DNA of 64,000 nucleotides, taken from positions 79,546,001 through 79,610,000 of the forward strand of contig OZ024743.1 of the NCBI GenBank assembly GCA_964016885.1. Reading direction: 5' to 3'. The position numbers were made by a program, and so were the translations under genes. Origin of the DNA: Eledone cirrhosa. Taxonomy: Eukaryota. The notes under the pieces were generated by a model. That model was not told the origin of the DNA and did not search any database. It saw nothing but the letters and a program-made list of their open reading frames with translations. Each line of letters opens with the position of its first letter. Within the stretch, counting starts at the first letter, position 1. This document shows positions 38,817 through 51,546 of the stretch, piece by piece.

Positions 38817-39970
38817 GATGTCATCTTTTTTAAAGTAATTTATGTTCCTAGTAAATTAATTTCCCCATAGGTTTATATTGAGAGTCACTCCCCGGTATCG
38901 TTGTTGTTTATCGACCCCGTAAGGATGAAAGGCAAAGTTAACTTCAGCGGGATTTGAACACAGAATGGCAAGGGCCGTAACTCTATGCGTCAAAGCATGG
39001 CTTCCGACCCTCTGGTAGTATTGGTAGAGGCTCGGACGCCATGCTTTGACGCATAGGGTTACGGCCCTTGCTATTCTGAGTACAAATCCCAGCGAAGTTA
39101 ACTTTGCCTTTCATCCTTACGGGGTCGATAAAATAAAGTACCAGTAATTCACTGGTTCATTGCTGGCCTTGTGCCAAAAAGTAGAAACAATTATTATCCT
39201 AGCCCCAGAAGGGCGTCAGGTTGGCAGAATCGGCAGAATCGGCAGAGCGTCGGACAGAACTGTTTGTGGTATTTATTTACGATAGGTTCTGTTACAGTTT
39301 CTGTTAAAATCCTACTTCTGTTAATTGTTCCTTTTATAATTCCGAGAATGATAAAATACCAATCAACAAATGAAATCGATATAATTGATTTTCTCACTCT
39401 GTATTATGATCACAGTCGTTCCAATCACGACCATTGAGGCAGTTTATCTTGGATAAAATATCCTTATTTATCTATTTTTGACAACAACAATGTATGATTT
39501 GAGGGAGATGTTGCTACTATTTTTAGGTGGTAAGATGACCATAGGTGGTATTCTTAATCTTAGGTGTTAGAAACAATCTGTTGTATGGTTTAACATAAAC
39601 TCCTATGGAACCTTTACAGGGGTCACTCTGTTGTTGGCATCCTGATAAGGTTTCTGTTTTTAAATTACCTTCCGTTCTCCTATCCTTCTATTCATAGGAT
39701 CATCCTTGTCTGAAAAATCCCCTAAACATTGCCCTTCCCTCTGTAAATTTACACTATTGTCAGCATCCAGGACATGCCTCTGGTTTCAGAATAAAGTCAT
39801 ACTTCCCTTCGTCACCTCTCTCCCTCTAAGACCCTGAAAATTTCCCTAAACATTGCCCTTCCCTCACTAAAACAACAACAAATATAAAACATAACAAAAC
39901 AATATATATCACTAAATATTTATACCTTATGACAGTATTAGTGGTTATTATTGTCACAGTGTTATCAGCA

Positions 39971-40043
39971 GCCTGGCTAGCTCAGTCGGTAGAACACGAG
40001 ACTCTTAATCTCGGGGCCGTTGGTTCGAGCCCCACGTTGGGCG
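39971..40043 (+). pseudogene. tRNA-Lys(CTT) degenerate, slot B
   Basis: C4T, G24A, T47C, G51T. Confidence 0.75.
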
Positions 40044-40229
40044 TATGTCTTTTATTAGTAATTTGTTTTCCTAGTAAATTAATTTGCCATTGTTTTATTT
40101 TAAGAGATAGTCACCTGTATTATTGTTGTTATTTTCATTACCCTGGCTGGTGTTCGGCAGAATCGTTAGAGCATCGGACAGAATGTTTTGTGGTATTATG
40201 TACAGTTGTTACTGTTAGTGTTTAAGTTA

Positions 40230-40786
40230 CCAATTCTATCAGGTAAGGTGGCTTGTTGCCATGCAAAGTCATCAAACCTGACGTTGCATATCTCCTCAGC
40301 TGCTACACAGATACAAGAGTGAAGGTCAGTGAGGAGAGATACGTGGTTGTAGCAAGGAATGATAGGTAGTGTGTAGAGGAATTTCTACATGGTGAAGCAG
40401 TTCCTCAACAGGAAGAGGGCTGGGTGGACGTCACTTATGTCCAGTTTGTTCGTGAGGGTTGTGAGCTGTTGGAGCCAGAACATGATGGTGGAGTGGATGG
40501 CCGGCGAGCGGATCCCTGACCGGAGGATGAGGACATCCTCTTTCGGGGTCACCTGCACCTGGAGGAGAATGACTCGCACATCCAAGACGGAGGCTGCAAA
40601 GCACACTCCGTCGTTATTGACATTCACCACCTCCGAGTTGGACCAGTTGACCTCTGATCCGATTCTCGCCAGAACAGGAACGACTGATCGCAGGTCGTGA
40701 CAGACAGTCTCCATGGGCCCAAGTAACGTGGCATCATCCAGGTACCAAAAGTTCAAAGAGGCATTGATGTTCCGAGCAATGTGGTC
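40230..40786 (-). mobile_element. CRE-like RT fragment
   Basis: ORF 40385..40756 with YLDD. Confidence 0.8.
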
Positions 40787-40828
40787 ATACCAGTACTATT
40801 GATTATTGTTGTTCATGTGATGCCATCA

Positions 40829-40901
40829 GCCCTGCTAGCTCAGTCGGTAGAGCACGATACTCTTAATCTCGGCGTCGTGGGTTCGAGCCCCACGTTGGGC
40901 G
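40829..40901 (+). pseudogene. tRNA-Lys(CTT) degenerate, slot C
   Basis: G5T, G30T, G45C. Confidence 0.72.
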
Positions 40902-41900
40902 TATGTTTTATTTTAATGTTATTTTTTAAATTATCCTGTATGTAATTTAATTTATCTATTTTGGAAAACAACAATTTGAGAAAGAATTTGCTGCTATTTT
41001 TAAGGGGAAAGATGACCGTAGATGTTATTGTTAACCTTCTGTATTAGATAGAATCCACTGTATGGTTTAACATCAAGTCCTATGGTACCTTTGCAAAGTT
41101 CACTCTGTTTCAGGTTTCTGTATTTAAATTACCTTCCATATCCCTGCCCTCCCATCAATCTCATATACCCCTAAATGTGTCATGAGCAATGTCGTCCCCT
41201 CACTGACTAAACGAATAATATTTTCGTTGACTTATTACAAAGTCTGTAATTAATATTTTGCTATAAACAACAGTAGTCCAACAAACCAAACAATAGGTTC
41301 TTAATTTGAGGGGTAGTTGGCTTCTCTTTCTAGTCGGTACTACAGAGTGTATAGCTAATGTTAAGTAATAATATATCAGGCAGTATAACACCATCTCCTT
41401 ACCTTTAGTTACCTTTAGAGGAATCACCTCTATTGGCAGCATCTAGGACACGTGTCTTCTTTCAGAATATAGTCATATTTCCAGTACTCACCTCCGAGAC
41501 CCTCAAATGTCCCCTAAATTTTGCCCTACCCTCACTAAATTTACACTAAAAAAACAAATATATAATATAACAAAACAATATATATATTACCCTATATATA
41601 TTACATTATATATTACACTATATATATTATATAATGTAGAAAGTGATCTAAGCAAAATGTACGATAAGATGGAGGTAAGGAAACATTTAGTTACCTGGTA
41701 ATGATCGTCTGCTATATTACCAGGTAACTAAAGGTTTCGTTACCTTCATCCTACCGTCCACTTTACATTGTTTAACCTTATATCACTTTCTACATTATAT
41801 ATTATATACAATACTTCAACCAAACAACATCTTATTATCACTAAAATATTGTTACCCTATGACAGTATTAGTGATTATTATTGTCCCAGAGTTACCAGCA

Positions 41901-41973
41901 GCCCGGCTAGCTCAGTCGGTAGAGCACGAGACTCTTAATCTCGGGGTCGTGGGTTCGAGCCCCACGTTGGGCG
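41901..41973 (+). tRNA. tRNA-Lys-CTT: tRNA-Lys(CTT), perfect, slot A
   Basis: Identical to consensus. Confidence 0.95.
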
Positions 41974-43102
41974 GATGTCATCTTTTTTAAAATAATTAAT
42001 TTCCCCATAGGTTTATATTGAGAGTCACTCCCCGGTATCGTTGTTATTTATCGACCCCGTAAGGATGAAAGGCAAAGTTAACTTTGGCGGGATTTGAACA
42101 CAGCATGGCAAGGGCCGTAACTCTATGCGTCAAAGCATGGCGTCCGACCCTCTGGTAATATTGGTCGAGGCTCGGACGCCATGCTTTGACGCATAGGGTT
42201 ACGGCCCTTGCCATTCTGAGTACAAATCCCACCGAAGTCAAATTTGCCTTTCATCCTTACGGGGTCGATAAAATAAAGTACCAGTAATTCACTGGTTCAT
42301 TGCTGGCCTTGTGCCAAAAACTAGAAACAATTATTATCCTAACCCCAGAAGGGCGTCAGGTTGGCAGAATCGGCAGAGCGTCGGACAGAACTGTTTGTGG
42401 TATTTATTTACGATAGGTTCTGTTAGAGTTTCTCTTAAAATCCTACTTCTGTTAATTGTTCCTTTTATAATTCCGAGAATGATACAATACCAATCAACAA
42501 ATGAAATCGATATAATTGATTTCCTCACTCTGTATTATGATCACAGTCGTTCCAATCACGACCATTGAGGCAGTTTATCTTGGATCAAATATCCTTATTT
42601 ATCTATTTTTGACAACAACAATGTATGATTTGAGGGAGATTTTGCTACTATTTTTAGGAGGTAAGATGACCATAGGTGGTATTCTTAATCTTAGGTGTTA
42701 GAAACAATCTGTTGTATGGTTTAACATAAACTCCTATGGAACCTTTACAGAGGTCACTCTGTTGTTGGCATCCTGATAAGGTTTCTGTTTTTAAATTACC
42801 TTCCGTACTCTTATCCTTCTATTCATAGGATCATCCTTCTCTGAAAAGTCCCCTAAACATTGCCCTTCCCTCTGTAAATTTACACTATTGTCAGCATCCA
42901 GGACATGCTTCTGGTTTCAGAATAAAGTCAAACTTCCCTTCGTCACCTCTCTCCCTCTAAGACCCTGAAAAGTTCCCTAAACATTGCCCTTCCCTCACTA
43001 AAACAACAACAAATAGAAAACATAACAAAACAATATATATCACTAAATATTGTTACCTTATGACATAATTTAGTGGTTATTATTGTCACACTGCTATCAG
43101 CA

Positions 43103-43175
43103 AACCGGCTAGCTCAGTCGGTAGAGCACGAGTCTCTTAATTTCGCGGTCGTGGGTTCGAGCCCCACGTTGGCCG
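43103..43175 (+). pseudogene. tRNA-Lys(CTT) degenerate, slot B
   Basis: Acceptor and anticodon stems disrupted (aaccgg, gagtc, tttcgc, ggccg). Confidence 0.82.
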
Positions 43176-43544
43176 TATGTCTTTTTATTAGTAATTTGTT
43201 TTCCTAGTAAATTAATTTCCCATTGGTTTCTTTTAAGAGATAGTCACCTGTATTATTGTTGTTATTTTCATAACCCTGGCTGGTGTTCGGCAGAATCGTT
43301 AGAGCATCGGACAGAATGTTTGGTGGTATTATGTATGGTTGTTACTGTTAGTGTTTAAGTTACCAATTCTATCAGGTAAGGTGGCTTGTTGCCATCCAAA
43401 GTCATCAAACCTGACGTTGCATCTCTCCTCAGCTGCTACACGGATACAAGAGTGAAGGTTAGTGAGGAGAGATACGTGGTTGTAGCAAGGAACGATAGGT
43501 CGTGTGTAGAGGAATTTCTACATGGTGAAGCAGTTCCTCAACAG

Positions 43545-44593
43545 TTCTGTCCGACGCTCTTCCGATTCTGCCAACCTGACGCCCTTCTGGGGCTAGGATA
43601 ATAATTATTTCTACTTTTTGGCACAATGCCAGCAATAACCAGTGAATTACTGGTACTTTATTTTATCGACCCCGTAAGGATGAAAGGCAAAGTTAACTTC
43701 GCTGGGATTTGTACTCAGAATGGCAAGGGCCGTAACCCTATGCGTCAAAGCATGGCGTCCGAGCCTCTACCAATGCTACCAGAGGGTCGGACGCCATGCT
43801 TTGACGCATAGAGTTACGACCCTTGCCATTCTGTGTTCAAATCCCGCCGAAGTTAACTTTGCCTTTCATCCTTACGGGGTCGATAAATAACAATGATACC
43901 GGGGAGTGACTCTCAATATAAACCTATGGGGAAATTAATTTACTAGGAACATAAATTATTTTTTAAAAAAAGATGACATCCGCCCACGACCCCGAGATTA
44001 AGAGTCTCGTGCTCTACCGACTGAGCTAGCCGGGCTGCCGGTAACTCTGGGACAATAATAATCACTAATACTGTCATAGGGTAACAATATTTTAGTGATC
44101 ACAAGATGTTGTTTGGTTGAAGTATTGTATATAATATATAATGTAGAAAGTGATATAAGGTTAAACAATGTAAAGTGGAGGTTAGGATGAAGGTAACGAA
44201 ACCTTTAGTTACCTGGTTATATAGCAGACGATCATTACCAGGTAACTAAATGTTTCCTTACCTCCATCTTATCGTACATTTTGCATTGTTTAAGCCTTAG
44301 ATCATTTTCTACATTATATAATATATATAGTGTAATATATAATGTAATATATATAGTGTAATATATATATTGTTTTGTTATATTATATATTTGTTGTTTT
44401 AGTGTAAATTTAGTGAAGGTAGGGGAAAATTTAGTGGACATTTGAGGGTCTCGGACGTGAGGAAGGGAAATATGTCTTTATTCTGAAAGCAGACACATGT
44501 CCTAGATGCTTGCAATAGAGGTGATTCCTCTAAAGGTAACTAAACGTAAGGAGATGCTGTTATAGTGCCTAATATATTAATACTTAACATTAC
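43545..44593 (-). other. ~1.05 kb inverted copy of the H1-tRNA(A)-H2 segment inserted into an RT fragment
   Basis: RT fragment stops at ...ttcctcaacag (43544) and resumes at cttatgtccag (44594); the interval is the reverse complement of unit sequence. Confidence 0.92.
43981..44035 (-). pseudogene. tRNA-Lys(CTT) with an 18-nt deletion of the T arm
   Basis: Minus strand reads ...CTCTTAATCTCGGGGTCGTGGGCG; deletion between two TGGG; B box lost. Confidence 0.9.
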
Positions 44594-44945
44594 CTTATGT
44601 CCAGTCTGTTTGTGAGGCTTGTGAGCTGTTGGAGCCAGAACATGATGTTGGAGTGGATGGCCGGCGAGCGGATCCCTGACCGGAGGATGAGGACATCCTC
44701 TTTCGGGGTCACCTGCACCTGGAGGAGAATGACTCGCACATCCAAGACGGAGGCTGTAAAGCACACTCCGTCGTTATTGACATTTACCACCTCCGAGTTG
44801 GACCAGTTGACCTCGGATCCGATTCTCGCCAGAACAGGAACGACTGATCGCAGGTCGTGACAGACAGTCTCCACGGGCCCAGCAACCTGGCATCATCCAG
44901 GTACCAAAAGTTCAAAGAGGCATTGATGTTCCGAGCAATGTGGTC
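44594..44945 (-). mobile_element. CRE-like RT fragment, second part (first part 43363-43544)
   Basis: Split by the inverted insertion. Confidence 0.75.
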
Positions 44946-44987
44946 ATACCAGTACTATTGATTATTGTTGTTCATGTCTTGCCATCA

Positions 44988-45060
44988 GCCCGGCTAGCTC
45001 AGTCGGTAGAGCACGATACTGTTAATCTCGGGGTCGTGGGTTCGAGCCCTCCGTTGGGCG
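44988..45060 (+). pseudogene. tRNA-Lys-derived pseudogene with GTT anticodon, slot C
   Basis: C34G, G30T and T-stem mismatches. Confidence 0.8.
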
Positions 45061-46084
45061 TATGTTTTATTTTAATGTTATTTTTTAAATTATCCTGTAT
45101 GTAATTTAATTTATCTATTTTGGAAAACAACAATTTGAGAAAGAATTTGCTGCTATTTTTAGGGGGAAAGATGACCGTAGATGTTATTGTTAACCCTCTG
45201 TATTAGATAGAATCCACTGTATGGTTTAACATCAAGTCCTATGGTACCTTTGCAAAGTTCACTCTGTTTCAATCCTCCGGGCCAGCTTTCTGTATTTAAA
45301 TTACCTTCCATATCCCAGCCCTGCCATCAATCTCATATACTCCTAAATCTGTCATGGGTAATGTCGTCCCCTCACTGACTAAACGAATAATATTTTCGTT
45401 GACTTATTACAAAGTCTGTAATTAATATTTTGCTATAAACAACAGTAGTCCAACAAACCAAACAATAGGTTCTTAATTTGAGGGGTAGTTGGCTTCTCTT
45501 TCTAGCCGGTACTACAGGGTGTATAGCTAATGTTAAGTATTAATATATCAGGCAGTATAACAGCATCTCCTTACCTTTAGTTACCTTTAGAGGAATGACC
45601 TCTATTGCCAGCATCTAGGACATGTGTCAGCTTTCAGAATAAAGACATATTTCCCTTCCTCACCTCCGAGACCCTCAAATGTCCCCTAAACTTTGCCCTA
45701 CTCTCAATAAATTTACACTAAAACAACAAATATATAATATAACAAAACAATATATATATTACACTATATATATTACATTATATATTACACTATATATATT
45801 ATATAATGTAGAAAGTGATCTAAGGCTTAAACAATGCAAAATGTACGATAAGATGGAGGTAAGGAAACATTTAGTTACCTGGTAATGATCGTCTGCTATA
45901 TTACCAGGTAACTAAAGGTTTCGTTACCTTCATCCTACCCTCCACTTTACATTGTTTAACCTTATATCACTTTCTACATTATATATTATATACAATACTT
46001 CAACCAAACAACATCTTATTATCACTCAAATATTGTTACCCTATCTCAGTATTAGTGATTATTATTGTCCCCGAGTTACCAGCA

Positions 46085-46157
46085 GCCCGGCTAGCTCAGT
46101 CGGTAGAGCACGAGACTCTTAATCTCTGGGTCGTGGGTTCGAGCCCCACGTTAGGCG
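46085..46157 (+). tRNA. tRNA-Lys-CTT: tRNA-Lys(CTT) variant with two stem mismatches, slot A
   Basis: G43T and a G-to-A change in the 3' acceptor strand. Confidence 0.55.
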
Positions 46158-47295
46158 GATGTCAAATTTTTTTTAAATAATTTATGTTCCTAGTAAATTA
46201 ATTTCCCCATAGGTTTATATTGAGAGTCACTCCCCGGTATCGTTGTTATTTATCGACCCCGTAAGGATGAAAGGCAAAGTTAACTTCGGCGGGATTTGAA
46301 CAGAGAATGGCAAGGGCCGTAACTCTATGCGTCAAAGCATGGCGTCCGACCCTCTGGTAGTATTGGTAGAGGTTCGGACGCCATGCTTTGACGCATAGGG
46401 TTACGGCCCTTGCCATTCTGAGTACAAATCCCAGCGAAGTTAACTTTGCCTTTCATCCTTACGGGGTCGATAAAATAAAGTACCAGTAATTCACTGGTCA
46501 TTGCTGGCATCGTGCCAAAAAGTAGAACCAATTATTATCCTAGCCCCAGAAGGGCGTCAGGTTGGCAGAATCGGCAGAGCGTCGGACAGAACTGTTTGTG
46601 GTATTTATTTACGATAGGTTCTGTTACAGTTTCTGTTAAAATCCTACTTCTGTTAATTGTCCTTTTATAATTCCGAGAATGATAAAATACCAATCAACAA
46701 ATGAAATCGATATAATTGATTTTCTCACTCTGTATTATGATCACAGTCGTTCCAATCACGACCATTGAGGCAGTTTATCTTGGATAAAATATCCTTATTT
46801 ATCGATTTTTGACAACAACAATGTATGATTTGAGGGAGATTTTGCTACTATTTTTTGGTGGTAAGATGACCATAGGTGGAATTCTTAATCTTAGGTGTTA
46901 GAAACAATCTGTTGTATGGTTTAACATAAACTCCTATGGAACCTTTACAGGGGTCACTCTGTTGTTGGCATCCTAATTAGGTTTCTGTTTTTAAATTAGC
47001 TTCCGTTCTCCTATCCTTCTATTCATAGGATCATCCTTCTCTGAAAAGTCCCCTAAACATTGCCCTTCCCTCTGTAAATTTACACTATTGCCAGCATCCA
47101 GGACATGCCTCTAGTTTCAGAATAAAGTCATACTTCCCTTCGTCACCTCTCTCCCTCTAAGACCCTGAAAAGTTCCCTAAACATTGCCCTTCCCTCACTA
47201 AAACAACAACAAATATAAATTATAACAAAACAATATATATCACTAAATATTGTTACGTTATGACAGTATTAGTGGTTATTATTGTCACAGTGTTA

Positions 47296-47422
47296 CGGCC
47301 CTTTTCAATCTGAGTTCAAATCCCACCGAGGTTGACTTTGCCTTTCATCCTTACGGGGTCGATAAAATAAAGTACCAGTACTGCACTGGGTAATTGCTGG
47401 CCTTGTGCCTAAAGCAGAAACA
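47296..47422 (+). mobile_element. 5'-truncated SINE with 18-bp TSD just upstream of a tRNA
   Basis: TSD attattgtcacagtgtta at 47278-47295 and 47423-47440; unique to this unit. Confidence 0.92.
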
Positions 47423-47446
47423 ATTATTGTCACAGTGTTATCAGCA

Positions 47447-47519
47447 GCCCGGCTAGCTCAGTTGGTAGAACACGAGACTATTAATCTCGGGGCCGTGAGT
47501 TCGAGCCCCACGTTGGGCG
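47447..47519 (+). pseudogene. tRNA-Lys-derived pseudogene with ATT anticodon, slot B
   Basis: C17T, G24A, C34A, T47C, G52A. Confidence 0.8.
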
Positions 47520-47706
47520 TATGTCATTTTATTAGTAATTTGTTTTCCTAGTAAATTAATTTGGCATTGGTTTCTTTTAAGAGATAGTCACCTGTATTAT
47601 TGTTGTTATTTTCATAACCCTGGCTGGTGTTCGGCAGAATCGTTAGAGCATCGGACAGAATGTTTTGTGGTATTATGTACGGTTGTTACTGTTAGTGTTT
47701 AAGTTA

Positions 47707-48263
47707 CCAATTCTATCAGGTAAGGTAGCTTGTTGCCATCCATAGTCATCAAACCTGACGTTGCATATCTCCTCAGCTGCTACACAGATACAAGAGTGAA
47801 GGTCAGTGAGGAGAGATACGTGGTTGTAGCAAGGAACGATAGGTAGTGTGTAGAGGAATTTCTACATGGTGAAGCAGTTCCTCAACAGGAAGAGGGCTGG
47901 GTGGACGTCACTTATGTCCAGCCTGTTCGTGAGGCTTGTGAGCTGTTGGAGCTAGAACATGATGGTGGAGTGGATGGCCGGCGAGCGGATACGCGACCGG
48001 AGGTTGAGGACATCCACTTTCGGGGTCACCTGCACCTGGAGGAGAATGACTCGCACATCCAAGACGGAGGCTGCAAAGCAAACTCCGTCGTTATTGACAA
48101 TTACCACCTCCGAGTTGGACCAGTTGACCTCGGATCCCATTCTCGCCAGAACAGAAACGACTGAGCGCAGGTCGTGACAGACAGTCTCCACGGACCCAAG
48201 CAACGTGGCATCATCCAGGTACCAAAAGTTCAAAGAGGCATTGGTGTTCCGAGCAATGTGGTC
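47707..48263 (-). mobile_element. CRE-like RT fragment
   Basis: ORF 47952..48233 with YLDD and an extra stop. Confidence 0.8.
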
Positions 48264-48305
48264 ATACCAGTACTATTGATTATTGTTGTTCATGTGTTAC
48301 CAGCA

Positions 48306-48378
48306 GCCCGGCTAGCTCAGTCGGTAGAGCACGAGACTCTTAATCTCGGGGTCGTGGGTTCGAGCCCCACGTTGGGCG
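48306..48378 (+). tRNA. tRNA-Lys-CTT: tRNA-Lys(CTT), perfect; slot-C upstream flank joined to a slot-A gene
   Basis: Identical to consensus; catgtgtt|accagca upstream, gatgtcatcttttttt downstream. Confidence 0.94.
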
Positions 48379-49527
48379 GATGTCATCTTTTTTTTAAAAA
48401 TAATTTATGTTCCTAGTAAATAAATTTCCCCATAGGTTTATATTGAGAGTCACTCCCCGGTATCGTTGTTATTTATCGACCCCGTAAGGATGAAAGGCAA
48501 AGTTAACTTCGGCGGGATTTGAACACAGAATGGCAAGGGCCGTAACTCTATGCGTCAAAGCATGGCGTCCGACCCTCTGGTAGTATTGGTAGAGGCTCGG
48601 ACGCCATGCTTTGACGCATAGGGTTACAGCCCTTGCCATTCTGAGTACAAATCCCAGCGAAGTTAACTTTGCCTTTCATCCTTACGGGGTCGATAAAATA
48701 AAGTACCAGTAATTCACTGGTTCATTGCTGGCCTTGTGCCAAAAAGTAGAAATAATTATTATCCTAGCCCCAGAAGGGCGTCAGGTTGGCAGAATCGGCA
48801 GAGCGTCGGACAGAACTGTTTGTGGTATTTATTTACGATAGGTTCTGTTACAGTTTCTCTTAAAATCCTACTTCTGTTAATTGTTCCTTTTATAATTCCG
48901 AGAATGATAAAATACCAATCAACAAATGAAATCGATATAATTGATTTTCTCACTCTGTATTATGATCACAGTCGTTCCAATCACGACCATTGAGGCAGTT
49001 TATCTTGGATCAAATATCCTTATTTATCTATTTTTGACAACAACAATGTATGATTTGAGGAGGGAATTTGCTACTATTTTTAGGAGGTAAGATGACCATA
49101 GGTGGTATTCTTAATCTTAGGTGTTAGAAACAATCTGTTGTATGGTTTAACATAAACTCCTATGGAACCTTTACAGAGGTCACTCTGTTGTTGGCATCCT
49201 GATAAGGTATCTTTTTTTAAATTACCTTCCGTTCTCCTATCCTTCTATTCATAGGATCATCCTTCTCTGAAAAGTCCCCTAAACATTGCCCTTCCCTCTG
49301 TAAATTTACACTATTGCCAGCATCCAGGACATGCCTCTGGTTTCAGAATAAAGTCATACTTCCCTTCGTCACCCCTCTCCCTCTAAGACCCTGAAAAGTT
49401 CCCTAAACATTGCCCTTCCCTCACTAAAACAACAACAAATATAAAACATAACAAAACAATATATATCACTAAATATTGTTACCTTATGACAGTATTAGTG
49501 TTTATTATTGTCACACTGCTATCAGCT

Positions 49528-49600
49528 AACCGGCTAGCTCAGTCGGTTGAGCACGAGTCTCTTAATCTCGCGGTCGTGGGTTCGAGCCCCACGTTGGCCG
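49528..49600 (+). pseudogene. tRNA-Lys(CTT) degenerate, slot B
   Basis: G1A, C2A, A21T, A31T, G44C, G71C. Confidence 0.82.
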
Positions 49601-49787
49601 TATGTCATTTTATTAGTAATTTGTTTTCCTAGTAAATTAATTTCCCATTGGTTTCTTTTAACAGATAGTCACCTGTATTATTGTTCTTATTTTCATAACC
49701 CTGGCTGGTGTTCGGCAGAATCGTTAGAGCATCGGACAGAATGTTTTGTGGTATTATGTACGGTTGTTACTGTTAGTGTTTAAGTTA

Positions 49788-50344
49788 CCAATTCTCTCAG
49801 GTATGGTAGGTTGTTGCCATCCAAAGTCATCAAACCTGACGTTGCATATCTCCTCAGCTGCTACACGGATACAAGAGTGAAGGTCAGTGAGGAGAGATAC
49901 GTGGTTGTAGCAAGGAACGATAGGTCGTGTGTAGAGGAATTTCTACATGGTGAAGCAGTTCCTCAACAGGAAGAGGGCTGGGTGGACGTCACTTATGTCC
50001 AGTCTGTTCGTGAGGCTTGTGAGCTGTTGGAGCCAGAACATGATGGTGGAGTGGATGGCCGGCGAGCGGATCCGTGACCGGAGGATGAGGACATCCTCTT
50101 TCGGGGTCACCTGCACCTGGAGGAGAATTACTCGCACATCCAAGACGGAGGCTACAAAGTACACTCCGTCGTTATTGACATTCACCACCTCCGAGTTGGA
50201 CCAGTTGACCTCGGATCCGATTCTCGCCAGAACAGGAACGACTGATCGCAAGTCGTGACAGACAGTCTCCATGGGCCCAAGCAACGTGGCATCATCCAGG
50301 TACCAAAAGTTCAAAGAGGCATTGATGTTCCGATCAATGTGGTC
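49788..50344 (-). mobile_element. CRE-like RT fragment
   Basis: ORF 49943..50314 with YLDD. Confidence 0.8.
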
Positions 50345-50386
50345 ATACCAGTACTATTGATTATTGTTGTTCATGTGTTGCCATCA

Positions 50387-50460
50387 GCCCGGCTAGCTCA
50401 GTGGGTAGAGCACGATACTCTTAATCTCGGGGTTTGTGGGTTCGAGCCCTCCGTTGTGCG
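50387..50460 (+). pseudogene. tRNA-Lys(CTT) pseudogene, slot C
   Basis: Several substitutions and a 1-nt insertion. Confidence 0.85.
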
Positions 50461-51473
50461 TATGCTTTATTTTAATGTTATTTTTTAAATTATCCTGTAT
50501 GTAATTTAATTTATCTATTTTGGAAAACAACAATTTGAGAAAGAATTTGCTGCTATTTTTAGGGAGAAAGATGACCGAAGGTGTTATTGTTAACCTTCTG
50601 TATTAGATATAATCCACTGTATGGTTTAACATCAAGTCCTATGGTACCTTTGCAAATTTCACTCTGTTTCAGGTTTCTGTATTTAAATTACCTTCCATAT
50701 CCCAGCCCTCCCATCAATCTCATATACCCCTAAATGTGTCATGGGCAATGTCGTCCACTCACTGACTAAATGAATAATATTTTCGTTGACTTATTACAAA
50801 GTCTGTAATTAATATTTTGCTATAAACAACAGTAGTCCAACAAACCAAACAATAGGTTCTCAATTTGAGGGGTAGAAGGCTTCTCTTTCTAGCCGGTACT
50901 ACAGGGTGTATAGCTAATGTTAAGTATTAATATATTAGGCAGTATAACACCATCTCCTTACCTTTAGTTACCTTTAGAGGAATCACCTCTATTGCCAGCA
51001 TCTAGGACATGTGTCTGCTTTCAGAATAAAGTCATATTTCCCTTCCTCACCTCCGAGACCCTCAAATGTCCCCTAAAATTTGCCCTACCCTCACTAAATT
51101 TACACTAAAACGACAAATATATAATATAACAAGACAATATATATATATTACACTATATATATTACATTATATATTACACTATATACATTATATAATGTAG
51201 AAAGTGATCTAAGGCTTAAACAATGCAAAATGTACGATAAGATGGAGGTAAGGAAACATTTAGTTACCTGGTAATGATCGTCTGCTATATTACCAGGTAA
51301 CTAAAGGTTTCGTTACATTCATCCTACCGTCCAATTTACATTGTTTAACCTTATATCACTTTCTACATTATATATTATATACAATACTTCAACCAAAGAA
51401 CATCTTGTGATCACTAAAATATTGTTACCCTATGACAGTATTAGTGATTATTATTGTCCCAGAGTTACCGGCA

Positions 51474-51546
51474 GCCCGGCTAGCTCAGTCGGTAGAGCAC
51501 GAGACTCTTAATCTCGGGGTCGTGGGTTCGAGCCCCACGTTGGGCG
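51474..51546 (+). tRNA. tRNA-Lys-CTT: tRNA-Lys(CTT), perfect, slot A
   Basis: Identical to consensus. Confidence 0.95.
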
